From a virus, in IMG/VR virus record IMGVR_UViG_3300025195_000002: 64,000 bases of DNA. One strand, given 5' to 3'. Numbering within the stretch: position 1 is the first letter of the stretch; each line of letters starts with the position of its first letter. Under the pieces are notes generated by a model. That model ran no database searches. It saw only the letters and a list, made by a program, of their open reading frames with translations, and was not told where the DNA came from. This document shows, piece by piece, positions 1-9,259 of this stretch. The translations under genes and the position numbers were made by a program.

Positions 1-2
1 AT

Positions 3-275
3 ACAGTCAATATGTTAGCCTGTGGTCATCGTATTATGAACGTCCATACGTGGCTACGTTTATTTACCACAACCGAAGCAAGTTATAGCGCGTCTAAAAG
101 AGGTCCTATTAAAGATCACGCTTTATATGACGCGTTAAAAGCAACGTTGCCCGCTAACCCTATAGCGACATGGCTTGCCATGGACGGTGGTTTTGAAGAC
201 CTCGTAACAACGCTGTATATCTTATTTGCCCAGTCCAATCGCGACCCATGGCAGATTACCCCTAACCGGGTGTAG
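3..275 (+). CDS. 3' end of a virion/head protein gene, truncated by the window edge
   Basis: Frame is open from base 3 to the stop at 275. The C-terminal WLAMDGGFEDLVTTLYILF resembles phiKZ-like structural proteins; it sits directly upstream of the internal-head paralogues. Confidence 0.5.
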   Translation, partial: TVNMLACGHRIMNVHTWLRLFTTTEASYSASKRGPIKDHALYDALKATLPANPIATWLAMDGGFEDLVTTLYILFAQSNRDPWQITPNRV

Positions 276-338
276 TTTTACGTAAAACTATTTGAATGTT
301 TAATTAAGCAAACTTTATATAAAGGGAGTAAGACAATT

Positions 339-1655
339 ATGTCTAACCGTTTAAAATCTCTACTGGCCACTACAGCGCCGTCTGTATCGGTTGAAGAACA
401 CAGCAACAAGACTAAGGTTGACGTTGCTTTATCTCAAGTTGAATTAACTGGTGTTGCGTTGGAAAACGCTGAAGCTAAACTTGACCTTGAGTCTATCAGT
501 GTTGAACAATCGAATGCTGATATCACTGAACTGGAAGAAATTGCAGTAGGTCTGGAGTCTATCCAAGCCGCTGCTCAAGCAACGATTGCTGATGGTGGCC
601 TTAAACGCGCAGCTGCGGCGATGATGCATGTTGCTATTGAAGGTTATGCTAACCGTTTAGGTCTGGAAGAAGCGATGGTACCTGCTATTGAATCATTTGG
701 TTCTGAAGGCGAAGCCATGACAGCTACCCAAGTGTCGGTTGAAGGCATTAAAGATGTTATCAATCGCGTATGGGAAGCCGTGAAAGCAGCGGTAATGAAA
801 GCATACGAAGCAGTAGCTAACTGGTTTAAACAGTTCTTCATCAATGCTGAGAAAATCAAAACACGTGCTGAAAAGGTTAAAGAGTCTGTTAAAGACAAGA
901 CCGGTGATGCCGAAGAAGCCAAAGTTTCTGTTGGCGGTGCGGTAGCAAAACTCCACAAAGGTGGTAAGTTGGCATCTGTTTCTGCCGCAGCCAGTGACGT
1001 TAAAGACCTTCTGGGTGACGTACTGGGCGCACAGAGCATTCTGTCTAAGAAAGCAGGTGACCTAGCTGACATCGTTGGTAAAGTTTCTGCAGCGACTCCT
1101 GAAGATGCTGCTGCGCAAGTGGTTGCAGCTAAAGAGTTGGTTGGTGGTGCAAGCGACGCTTTTAAAGGTGCCTTGAAACTGACTGAAAAATCTGAAGGTG
1201 GTGAAACTGCGCTGTACTCTGAAGAACTGCCGGGTGGTAAACAAGTTAAAGTAGTTGCCGAAGACGGTAAATACTCTGCTTCTTTAGTCGATGCCGGTGA
1301 AGTGAAGCTTGCTGATGCCGATAAAGAAGTTGACACTCTGTCTGTTGCCGACATCGAAAGTCTTTGTGACGTGGTGGTTGATTGTACAGACGTCCTGGGC
1401 GGCGCTAAGAAAACTGTCTTTGAAGATGGTAAGAAAGTTAAAGACGACCTGATCAAAGCGGGTGCCGATTCTGCTGGTAAGCTCAAAGACGACACTGATA
1501 AAGTGGTTGCTGACAGCACTCAGTCTTTAGTACGCATGCTGCCTGTATTTACTCGCATGGTTGACCAGCCATCTATGGCACTTTTAGCCCACTCTGCTAA
1601 AGCGCTAGGCGCGGTACTGGATATTGCTGCTGCATCTGCAAAGCAATACAAGTAA
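339..1655 (+). CDS. Internal head (ejection) protein, phiKZ gp93/95/97-like paralogue family
   Basis: 438 aa, Ala/Lys/Glu-rich, strong RBS (AGGGAG). N-terminal third carries many S/A/G-x-E prohead-protease motifs (ALE, GLE, AIE, SVE) followed by the typical 'IKDVINRVWEAVKAAV..WFKQFF' helix. Confidence 0.75.
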   Translation: MSNRLKSLLATTAPSVSVEEHSNKTKVDVALSQVELTGVALENAEAKLDLESISVEQSNADITELEEIAVGLESIQAAAQATIADGGLKRAAAAMMHVAIEGYANRLGLEEAMVPAIESFGSEGEAMTATQVSVEGIKDVINRVWEAVKAAVMKAYEAVANWFKQFFINAEKIKTRAEKVKESVKDKTGDAEEAKVSVGGAVAKLHKGGKLASVSAAASDVKDLLGDVLGAQSILSKKAGDLADIVGKVSAATPEDAAAQVVAAKELVGGASDAFKGALKLTEKSEGGETALYSEELPGGKQVKVVAEDGKYSASLVDAGEVKLADADKEVDTLSVADIESLCDVVVDCTDVLGGAKKTVFEDGKKVKDDLIKAGADSAGKLKDDTDKVVADSTQSLVRMLPVFTRMVDQPSMALLAHSAKALGAVLDIAAASAKQYK

Positions 1656-1668
1656 GTTAGTTGTCTTC

Positions 1669-1690
1669 TAGGAGGAGGTTACTCCTCCTA
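1669..1690 (+). terminator. Hairpin after the first internal-head gene
   Basis: TAGGAGGAG-GTTA-CTCCTCCTA, 9-bp perfect stem 14 nt after the stop; resembles the hairpin after the second paralogue. Confidence 0.6.
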
Positions 1691-1742
1691 CTCCCTGTTA
1701 TTTAATTAACATTCATTGATTTAAGTATTTAGGAAAAAGAAA

Positions 1743-3077
1743 ATGCGTAAATTCTTTCAAGAACCAGCTGTAGCTAAACCAGCTGTAGTAGCATTAAGCG
1801 CCGATGAGCAGATGGAAGCGATGGTTGCCTCTGAAGAGAGCTTTCAGGAATTCATCCAACTTGAAGCCGAAAACGCTCGAGCTATGGAGATTGCTGCCGG
1901 TTTAGAAAATTTAGCGATGGTTGCTGATCATGTTAAATCTGCGTCTAACACCGACTTGGCTTTCTTTGATGCCGGTATTGACCTTGCCTTAGTAGGCACT
2001 GGTATCTCATCTGAATCTATCGTTCCAGGCCTGGAAGATATGGAAGGTAGCGTGATCTCAACTGAATCTGTAAAAGAAACAGTTGACAAAATCTGGACAG
2101 CGATTAAGAAAGTCATCGAAAACATGTGGAAACAAATCCAGATCTTCTGGGGCAATTTGGTTAAAGCTGCACCTGGTCTGAAACTGCGTGCTGAAGCATT
2201 GTCAGAAAAGGTAGCCGAGTTAGGTTCTGCATCAACTGATGCGAAAACGTTCTCTGCCGGTAATGCGTTAAAGACATTATCTGTTGACGGTAATTTGCCG
2301 AAGAAAGGGTCTGACGTTATCGAAGGTCTGTCTTTGGTTGAATCCATTGCCAGCCACCTTTATGGTAAGTACAAAACTGACATGATCAAGATTGGTAAAG
2401 ACGTTGACTCTGCACTGTCTGCTTTTGATCTGACCTCTATCGATACTGCCAAAAGTTCACTGGATGCAGTAACGTCTGCTTACGCCGGCCTTCATGATCT
2501 TAATGAGTTCAAAGGCGTTAAGATGGTTAAAGTAGGTCGTGATGTACGCTTCAACCGTTCTGAGACTGTTGAAGCTGCCCACCTGCCAACTGACAAATCT
2601 ATCTTCAGTGTAAGCTTCCCGGCTGATGAGTCTGAAGACGTACTGGGTCGTGCTGAGCGTATCCGTAAGTCAACGTTGATGTTGATGGAAACTACTGCCG
2701 GTGACGCTAAAGCGAAAGATAAAGAAGCTGAGATGGAAGTCTTTGCTACTTCTGACGTACTTACTATCGCCGAGCGTTGTGTGGCACTGTCCAGTATGGT
2801 TGCTGATCATGACGCTAAAGCAGTTAAGTCTGTTGCTGACGGTATCATCAAAGCGTCTGATGCGTTGAACAAGAAGTTTAAAGATGCCAGCAAAGAAGAA
2901 GGCGGTGTTGCCTCTGCTTCTAGCTATGTTGATTCTGCAATGAAATTCAACGTGGCATTCACTTCGGTTTCTACTAAGTTCGAAGCCCAGCTCGCGCGTC
3001 TTGCAATGACCACTGTACGTGCAGCGCTGTCTGTTGCGCAGTCTAACTTATCCCAGTATAAGAAAGACAAAGCGTAA
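1743..3077 (+). CDS. Internal head protein, second paralogue
   Basis: 444 aa; same architecture as 339-1655 (AGLE, PGLE, STES then 'VKETVDKIWTAIKKVIENMW..FW'); similar C-terminal helix ending in QYK. Confidence 0.75.
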   Translation: MRKFFQEPAVAKPAVVALSADEQMEAMVASEESFQEFIQLEAENARAMEIAAGLENLAMVADHVKSASNTDLAFFDAGIDLALVGTGISSESIVPGLEDMEGSVISTESVKETVDKIWTAIKKVIENMWKQIQIFWGNLVKAAPGLKLRAEALSEKVAELGSASTDAKTFSAGNALKTLSVDGNLPKKGSDVIEGLSLVESIASHLYGKYKTDMIKIGKDVDSALSAFDLTSIDTAKSSLDAVTSAYAGLHDLNEFKGVKMVKVGRDVRFNRSETVEAAHLPTDKSIFSVSFPADESEDVLGRAERIRKSTLMLMETTAGDAKAKDKEAEMEVFATSDVLTIAERCVALSSMVADHDAKAVKSVADGIIKASDALNKKFKDASKEEGGVASASSYVDSAMKFNVAFTSVSTKFEAQLARLAMTTVRAALSVAQSNLSQYKKDKA

Positions 3078-3116
3078 GTGATGAGCGTCTAAAAAATCCC
3101 AACATCTGGGTCGTAG

Positions 3117-3148
3117 GCTAGGAGGAATTCCTCCTAGCTTTATGCCGT
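3117..3148 (+). terminator. Hairpin + TATGCCGT element
   Basis: GCTAGGAGG-AATT-CCTCCTAGC, then TT, then TATGCCGT (3141-3148). Confidence 0.7.
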
Positions 3149-3153
3149 ATATC

Positions 3154-3445
3154 TATGATGGGATGTGCTGTCATTCGTTCACGCAAACAAGTTGATTATA
3201 TCGTTCTTCCCTGGCAACTTGATATTGTGAACATGGGTGTAGGTTTTGGGTTGGGCTATTCACCTACACCCCTCTTTTCTGACACCCCATCTAACTGTCT
3301 GATGGTAGAGGTAGGTTTTTCCTTTATTTTCCCTATCTCAATCAACGCTCTGGACAAGCGTCCAATGTCAGACAGTGTTTGGCCACTAGTGGTGGCTGCT
3401 AAGAGGGATGGGGGCTGTGATGGTCCCCATCCCTGCTTATGCCGT
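3154..3445 (+). ncRNA. Candidate structured non-coding RNA
   Basis: At least six stems read directly from the sequence (listed in findings). Begins at a TATG (phiKZ late-promoter core) and ends at hairpin+TATGCCGT. The overlapping 110-aa ORF has no RBS. Confidence 0.45.
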
Positions 3446-3520
3446 CAGGGATGGTATGAATTTAAACGTCAGACGTATTACGTATGACTATATAACGATT
3501 TATTTAATGGAATTAACACC

Positions 3521-5056
3521 ATGCCACGTATTGCGATTGATTGCGGCGATAGCTACGATAGCGTTATCCGCCCTACTGTTTTGACGGTAGTAGAACAAGT
3601 AAAGAAGGTGACGGGACTAGGTCGCGTCAAAACGCTATTTACGGGTGATCCAAATAACACACCTCAAGTAGGTAGTCTGATAGACAATCCAGAAAAAGAT
3701 GTTACCTTTACTAACCAGGAATACCTACAGTTAGAAGTACGTACGGAGTATATGGACTCTGATCTTTTAACGAATAATGTTTTTAATCGAAACAACATTC
3801 CTCTTTTTAGAGACATTGACTTAGGTGTGTATATGGCACCGGTAGTCGGACATACCCGTGCTACAATCAGTGTCCGCTATAAAGCGCAAAGTCGTAACGA
3901 TGCAGATAGATGGCTATCTGAAATAAAGCGTCGAACTGCCCAAGGATTTAAAGAACTGACTCATGATGTTGAGTATCATTATCTTATCCCACGCGAGCTA
4001 TTGGTGATCTTAGACCAGATCCATAAAAAACGAGAAGCGGTAGCAGGGTATGGTGAGGATCTCAATCGCTACCTCACCGATCATTTCCATGAGAAAGTTA
4101 CCTGGTTCACGAATCAAAGTGGGCAGCGTAAGGCTTTGGGTGTCAGAGAGAAACAGACGGGGATATTGGGATACTTTAATTTCGATTCCTTGCCTGAAAT
4201 TGAAAAAGGTGAAACAGGTAACTGGATAAGTCAGTTTGATTACATTGTTGAATTTGACAGACCACACTCAGTAGTGATGCAATATCCACTGGTTGTCCAT
4301 AACCAGCTACTTGACACTAAGTATTTTGATGACACTATAGACTTCAACCAAACCCTTGAACTTTATCTAAGTAGTGTTTTTAATCAAGGGATGGATGTCA
4401 CTGTTAATCGCCATCGCCTACCTGCGCTGTCTACTTTATTAGGTTACGCTGTACCTGCTTTTGATGAATGGCTACCGCAAGAGGTCCCTATGTCTACAAC
4501 GACAATGGCTAGAATATTACTGGCTGTGGATGTCGATAACCCTCGCTATTTATGTAACATTGGAGAGCTAGGAGACTTTGCATTAGTTGATGAGGTAATT
4601 ACGTATCTGAAACGCCGTCATGACTTTGCGACAACACTCAAAGCGTCTCCAATATTCTTTAGTCTGTATCAAGATAATACCAGGATGTCTGATACGGTGA
4701 TGCAGATGGATGATCAAGGTAATTTATTTACAACGGTTGATCTATCATTACGTCGAGTATATCACCTTAGAGTAGGTATCTTTAACGATCTAAGTCTGTT
4801 AAATGAGAAAGTATTAGAAGATCTCAGAATGGATGGTGAATTTGCCAAGATACTATTGATCGCACTTGAACCATCATTGCGTGATGATCCATTACTTGAG
4901 TTATTACCCGATGGCCGTTTACCTAAACGTAACTTTTGGGATGCCATTGCCCGTATTAAAGGAACGAACCGACACTACAAGAATAAAATTGAAGTCAATC
5001 GGTTTACTGTTGCCAGTCTATTAATAACCTCGCGTAGACGCTCGCGATACGTGTAA
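3521..5056 (+). CDS. Conserved phiKZ-like virion structural protein
   Basis: 511 aa; first of four contiguous genes after the internal-head paralogues, matching phiKZ gp98-101 synteny as recalled. Confidence 0.55.
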   Translation: MPRIAIDCGDSYDSVIRPTVLTVVEQVKKVTGLGRVKTLFTGDPNNTPQVGSLIDNPEKDVTFTNQEYLQLEVRTEYMDSDLLTNNVFNRNNIPLFRDIDLGVYMAPVVGHTRATISVRYKAQSRNDADRWLSEIKRRTAQGFKELTHDVEYHYLIPRELLVILDQIHKKREAVAGYGEDLNRYLTDHFHEKVTWFTNQSGQRKALGVREKQTGILGYFNFDSLPEIEKGETGNWISQFDYIVEFDRPHSVVMQYPLVVHNQLLDTKYFDDTIDFNQTLELYLSSVFNQGMDVTVNRHRLPALSTLLGYAVPAFDEWLPQEVPMSTTTMARILLAVDVDNPRYLCNIGELGDFALVDEVITYLKRRHDFATTLKASPIFFSLYQDNTRMSDTVMQMDDQGNLFTTVDLSLRRVYHLRVGIFNDLSLLNEKVLEDLRMDGEFAKILLIALEPSLRDDPLLELLPDGRLPKRNFWDAIARIKGTNRHYKNKIEVNRFTVASLLITSRRRSRYV

Positions 5057-5068
5057 GGAGAGTTTATC

Positions 5069-6442
5069 ATGCCGTTAATGGGACAACCTACCAAACCCAG
5101 CGCCTCTGAAGAGACGGAGTTAAAAAAGAAAACGGATGCAATTAATAAAATCGTAACGCCTATATCTCACCCAGAAGAGTCTCAGAGAGCTTTTCTTGAA
5201 GAGGTAATAGATACGCATCATTTACCAACAAACGCCCTTCTAACGCATATAGAGGGCTCAGATTGGACGGTTAACTATTACTCCCAGGTGTTAAGTCAGG
5301 GATCTGAAGCTAATCCCCAGTCTTTATCCCAAGATCCTGTTCACCAGCAGTACAGTTTAATTGTTGGGTTAGAGATTAAAGTTACCTCAGCTTTAGAACA
5401 GGCCCAGAATACAGAAGATGGTACGTTTACAGTAACGGGTACAGCAACAACATTACCTGGTCTGGTCCCTATGTCAGGGGATATGTTCACTGCTGATGTA
5501 GGTGATGGTCGAGTCGGTGTATTCACGCTAACCTCTTCTCGTCGTATGAGCATGATGCGTGATACAGTCCATGAGATCGAGTACATCATGACCGACTACC
5601 TTACTGCTGGGGTAGAAGATGATCTAAGTAGTAAAGTGGTTGAAACCCGTCACTTTAATATGGACTACTTATTAAACGGTGAAGACCCTTTCTTAGATAC
5701 TGTTGATTTTAACCTGGAAGGGCAGTTAAAGGAAAGTTATTACCGAATGATTTCGTGGTATGTTCAGTTATTTTACAGCCGTGAATATAAAACACTGCTA
5801 GTTCCTGATAGCCAAGGTGTATTAACGTCTACCTACGACCCTAACGTGTTGAAGTTATTTCACTTAATCATCTCGCGCAATGACCTTGGACATGGTCCTT
5901 ATCCCACCATTAAACAAGTAGGGGGTGATGTTGAAACTGACACACTCACGTTATGGGATGCGTTAGTTAAACGTGACCCAGACATTTTACGCTTTGCTGC
6001 AACCCATTCTCGCAGAGTGCTTGCATCGGATTTTTCTATCCAACCCTTCTTCTCATCTATTGCTGTTACTAACATTAAACATGTTATTTGGCCTGCATCG
6101 GAGTTAACTCACAAAGAGAAGCGGGGCGGGGTAAATAGGAACGATCTACTCGCTGCGATTCCTGAATCTACCGTTTTAAATTATGGTTCACCAGATACGG
6201 TTATGTTGCGTGAACCCGATATAGATAGCTTCTATGTATTTAGTAAGCCGTTTTATGAGGGTGATGCGGAACAGATGTCTCAGCTGGAATATATGGTTGA
6301 TCAGTATTTGGATGGTGATGCACTTAACTTAAGTGACATTAAAGACATCATCGACGCGCTTTATGATGCAACCCCACTACAGCAATTCTACTATGTCCCG
6401 GTTATGCTAGTACTTATTAAAGTCTTTGTTAGGAATCTTTAA
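5069..6442 (+). CDS. Conserved phiKZ-like virion structural protein
   Basis: 457 aa; 'LLTHIEGSDWTVNYYSQ' and 'GDMFTADVGDGRVGVF' motifs typical of this family; RBS AAGGAG. Confidence 0.6.
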   Translation: MPLMGQPTKPSASEETELKKKTDAINKIVTPISHPEESQRAFLEEVIDTHHLPTNALLTHIEGSDWTVNYYSQVLSQGSEANPQSLSQDPVHQQYSLIVGLEIKVTSALEQAQNTEDGTFTVTGTATTLPGLVPMSGDMFTADVGDGRVGVFTLTSSRRMSMMRDTVHEIEYIMTDYLTAGVEDDLSSKVVETRHFNMDYLLNGEDPFLDTVDFNLEGQLKESYYRMISWYVQLFYSREYKTLLVPDSQGVLTSTYDPNVLKLFHLIISRNDLGHGPYPTIKQVGGDVETDTLTLWDALVKRDPDILRFAATHSRRVLASDFSIQPFFSSIAVTNIKHVIWPASELTHKEKRGGVNRNDLLAAIPESTVLNYGSPDTVMLREPDIDSFYVFSKPFYEGDAEQMSQLEYMVDQYLDGDALNLSDIKDIIDALYDATPLQQFYYVPVMLVLIKVFVRNL

Positions 6443-6444
6443 CC

Positions 6445-7017
6445 ATGCCAAGTCAACCTAAATCAAAACACACTAATGCTTATAAGTTGTTTAACTACCC
6501 GTTTATGATTTGGGTGGCTAACATCTATATGGTTAGTGATGTGGAAGTAGAACAGATTGGTACATTCTCCACCGGTAATACTATTAAAGATGAGAACCTT
6601 GCTCGTCAGGAATGTCGTAGGATGGTAACTATTGCCAAGATGGCTGAAATTGTAGACATGGGAGGTAGCTTTAGTTTTATCAATGGTGTCGATGCACAAC
6701 GGGCTTATGATATTATTGTAGGACACTTAAGTGATTGGGTTGATGCCATGAACCATCGGGTTAACATGAGACGCCCACCCAAAGAAGATTTACGTAAACT
6801 CAATGAACTTGCCGAGTTGCTCTATACCAGCGCACGTCTTAAAATCATTGAAGATACGTCAGTGCCTACCCTGGTTCAAAAGCTGCTTAACATGTCACCC
6901 ATGGCTGCGCCTACTAAATTGGTCCGTGATGGAGTAGCAGAGAAACATAGACACCCCATTGCCGATATGATTGCAGACGGTCAGGAACTTAAGGAAATGA
7001 GAAGATGGCGGGAATAG
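6445..7017 (+). CDS. Conserved phiKZ-like hypothetical protein
   Basis: 190 aa, translationally coupled; 'RRPPKEDLRKLNELAELLY' motif. Confidence 0.5.
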   Translation: MPSQPKSKHTNAYKLFNYPFMIWVANIYMVSDVEVEQIGTFSTGNTIKDENLARQECRRMVTIAKMAEIVDMGGSFSFINGVDAQRAYDIIVGHLSDWVDAMNHRVNMRRPPKEDLRKLNELAELLYTSARLKIIEDTSVPTLVQKLLNMSPMAAPTKLVRDGVAEKHRHPIADMIADGQELKEMRRWRE

Positions 7018-8441
7018 TAGATGATAGTGTTTTATATAACGACGTCATTGATATCGTCACCTCACCGTATTCGAATGTAGATGACCGTTACCGACCTGAC
7101 AAACAGTACAAATATCGCCTTGAGATGTATGTTGGGGATAAAGCAATTGAGGCGATTAAGGTACTGGCTGTTGATATTAAACGCGATTTTCAAAATGAGT
7201 TTAGTCAATCGATGATCGTTGAAGCGGCGGTTGGCCTTGGTACCTACACCCATGAGATCTTTCCTAATAAACAAGGATTGACCGCTAAGTTGTATCGACA
7301 GTTGGTATTAACAGCTAGCAATGGTAAGGTGGTTAGTGATGCAGCTGAGGTCTGTTGGGAATATCAGTGTATTATTGTGGGTGAGCAATCACCAGCAATG
7401 GTAGCGTCAACAGAGGCTACGGCCGATAAAGAGACCGGTGATCGTTCTGATATCGTCTCTATTGAACTCCAGCTTATTGAACAGATCGTTGATGAGTTTC
7501 GTGTAGTTGAGGTAGGGGGTATCTTTAAGGACTGTACCGTTAAGCAAGTCTTAGAGTTGTTTTTTGCTAACGTTCAGAATGTCGATACACCTCCCTCTAA
7601 TCTAACCGTCAGTGCCGATGATTACTTAGAATGGAATGTACGCAATGTGGTAAGTGGTGCAGATATTGTTGATCCTGACAACATCCGTACTTACGACCAC
7701 ATCCTTATCCCCCACGGTACAAGGTTGGTTGATTTACCTAACTACCTTCAGAAAACCTACGGTGTTTATAAAACAGGAATAGGTTATTTCTTTCAGAAAA
7801 CGATCTGGTTCATTTTTCCTGCTTACCATACTCGTCGTTATGAAGATGAGGCGCAAACACTCACTATTGCCAATATACCTGCTAATAGAATGCCTGGTAT
7901 CGAAAAGACCTACAAGGTAAGAGATCCTATCAGTCACTATGGTAAGGTCTATATGCTGGCAACCGGTGAAGTAGTACAGAAAGATCACTCTGAGCGTCGT
8001 CAGATGAATGAAGGGAATGCTTACTACCACGTTAATGCTGACCGTATCATGGATGTCTTTTCTACAACAAGTGCTAATGTTACAACTATAGTAGACGAGG
8101 ATCATGAGGTTCAAGCTGCAGTAGAGAGTCGTATCCATACTAACTTCCTTAAGTTAAGTAAAGATGCCATTACGCATAACGCGTTTGTTGAAAACAGCAG
8201 GCTATCTAGACAAGTAGGCTCTCATGTTCAAATACGTTGGGAGAATGCAGATATTGACCAGGTGTATCCTGGTATGCCTGTGCTGCTACTCTACATCTTA
8301 GATGGTAACGTGGCTAAACTTTACGGCACATTACAGCGTATCGACCAGGACTCTACCGCTATAGAACCTGGACCTACCGAACACCGTCATTTAAGAAACG
8401 CGGTTATTACCGTTTGGGTAGAGCGTGATAAAACCGATTAA
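7005..8441 (+). CDS. Virion structural protein, probable baseplate hub/tail-tip component
   Basis: 478 aa; 'HILIPHGTRLVDLPNYLQKTYGVY..GIGYF' and C-terminal 'W..AD...YPGMPV' motifs of the phiKZ gp101-like family. Confidence 0.55.
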   Translation: MAGIVDDSVLYNDVIDIVTSPYSNVDDRYRPDKQYKYRLEMYVGDKAIEAIKVLAVDIKRDFQNEFSQSMIVEAAVGLGTYTHEIFPNKQGLTAKLYRQLVLTASNGKVVSDAAEVCWEYQCIIVGEQSPAMVASTEATADKETGDRSDIVSIELQLIEQIVDEFRVVEVGGIFKDCTVKQVLELFFANVQNVDTPPSNLTVSADDYLEWNVRNVVSGADIVDPDNIRTYDHILIPHGTRLVDLPNYLQKTYGVYKTGIGYFFQKTIWFIFPAYHTRRYEDEAQTLTIANIPANRMPGIEKTYKVRDPISHYGKVYMLATGEVVQKDHSERRQMNEGNAYYHVNADRIMDVFSTTSANVTTIVDEDHEVQAAVESRIHTNFLKLSKDAITHNAFVENSRLSRQVGSHVQIRWENADIDQVYPGMPVLLLYILDGNVAKLYGTLQRIDQDSTAIEPGPTEHRHLRNAVITVWVERDKTD

Positions 8442-8447
8442 CCTAAA

Positions 8448-8460
8448 CACCTACATTACT
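8448..8460 (+). promoter_or_regulatory. Early-promoter-like motif CACCTACATTACT
   Basis: One mismatch from the phiKZ early consensus TATATTAC; identical 13-mer at 25901; immediately upstream of the RBS of 8475. Confidence 0.55.
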
Positions 8461-8474
8461 AAAAGGAGACTATC

Positions 8475-8627
8475 GTGAGTGATGGTTTTGATGATTTTGA
8501 TTTTGATATCGACGAAGCAGCACTAGAGCGTGCAAATGCAGAACGTATGGCAGAGCAAGATGAAGAAGCGAAAGCTTTAACGGAAGGCGATGTCGATGGC
8601 TGTGAAGGCGGTGCGTGTAAAATCTAA
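8475..8627 (+). CDS. 50-aa acidic mini-protein ending in an NrdA-type redox tail (DGCEGGACKI); absent from the ORF track
   Basis: AAGGAG RBS, GTG start, TAA stop, own hairpin terminator. Translation: MSDGFDDFDFDIDEAALERANAERMAEQDEEAKALTEGDVDGCEGGACKI. Confidence 0.85.
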   Translation: MSDGFDDFDFDIDEAALERANAERMAEQDEEAKALTEGDVDGCEGGACKI

Positions 8628-8636
8628 AGAACTATA

Positions 8637-8668
8637 GGGAAGACTTTCGGGTCTTCCCGTTATGCCCT
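8637..8668 (+). terminator. Hairpin + TATGCCCT element
   Basis: GGGAAGAC-TTTCGG-GTCTTCCC, then GT, then TATGCCCT. Confidence 0.7.
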
Positions 8669-8693
8669 TAAGGAAACTAAAGGTAAAAAAATC

Positions 8694-9245
8694 ATGAAAG
8701 AAGATATTAAAAAACTATGTCAGTTACGTGGTGTGATAGTTGAGGTTATATCTAAGCCGAAACTTACTGAATGTCTAAGTAAAGAACTTGATGAATTAGA
8801 CATGTCTATACGTGAGCCATTAAGAACTATAGATGATTATATCGCCCTAGCGAATGAGTTAGAAAACGCTATAGCGAAAACCGTGTTCATTGAATCATTA
8901 CTTGTAGACCATGGCAAGATTGATTATGCAAACGGGAATATGGTTTTTACATCTAATCTTAGCGCAGTATTCAGGCGAATACATCATGCGGTAGTAGTTA
9001 ATGGACATTGTCTGGTGTCTGTTCATTCTACGTCAGGTCTCTGGTTGTTAACGGTAATGCCATACATAACGTCATTAACTCTAGTTCTTGATGAAACTAA
9101 ATGCTCTGTGATTATAAATAAGCTCGATAATACTACTGACAGCAATCAAGGTATCTTTAACCAGCCTACCAGTCCGTATAAAGGCATGAAGGCGTGGTCA
9201 GAAAACGCGGATTTTACATTTACTAAAAAACCAAGCAAGACTTAA
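8694..9245 (+). CDS. Hypothetical protein
   Basis: 183-aa ORF with AAGG RBS; no recognised motif. Confidence 0.6.
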   Translation: MKEDIKKLCQLRGVIVEVISKPKLTECLSKELDELDMSIREPLRTIDDYIALANELENAIAKTVFIESLLVDHGKIDYANGNMVFTSNLSAVFRRIHHAVVVNGHCLVSVHSTSGLWLLTVMPYITSLTLVLDETKCSVIINKLDNTTDSNQGIFNQPTSPYKGMKAWSENADFTFTKKPSKT

Positions 9246-9259
9246 AGGACAAGTAATAA

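Noticed and set aside
644-1519. 291-aa minus-strand ORF (also 1928-2347, 29133-29645, 24607-24978, 14680-15060, 47094-47438 and similar)
   Set aside because: Antisense shadows of strongly codon-biased genes; Ser/Thr/Leu-rich composition, no RBS, no motifs.
3410-3428. GGGGCTG resembling the tmRNA 5' end
   Set aside because: It sits inside the terminal hairpin; no GATTCGAC continuation, tag ORF or T-arm/CCA 3' end.
3155-3487. 110-aa plus-strand ORF in the intergenic gap
   Set aside because: No RBS (it starts right after a terminator), it runs through an internal terminator hairpin and its composition is atypical. The structured-RNA reading is preferred but unproven.
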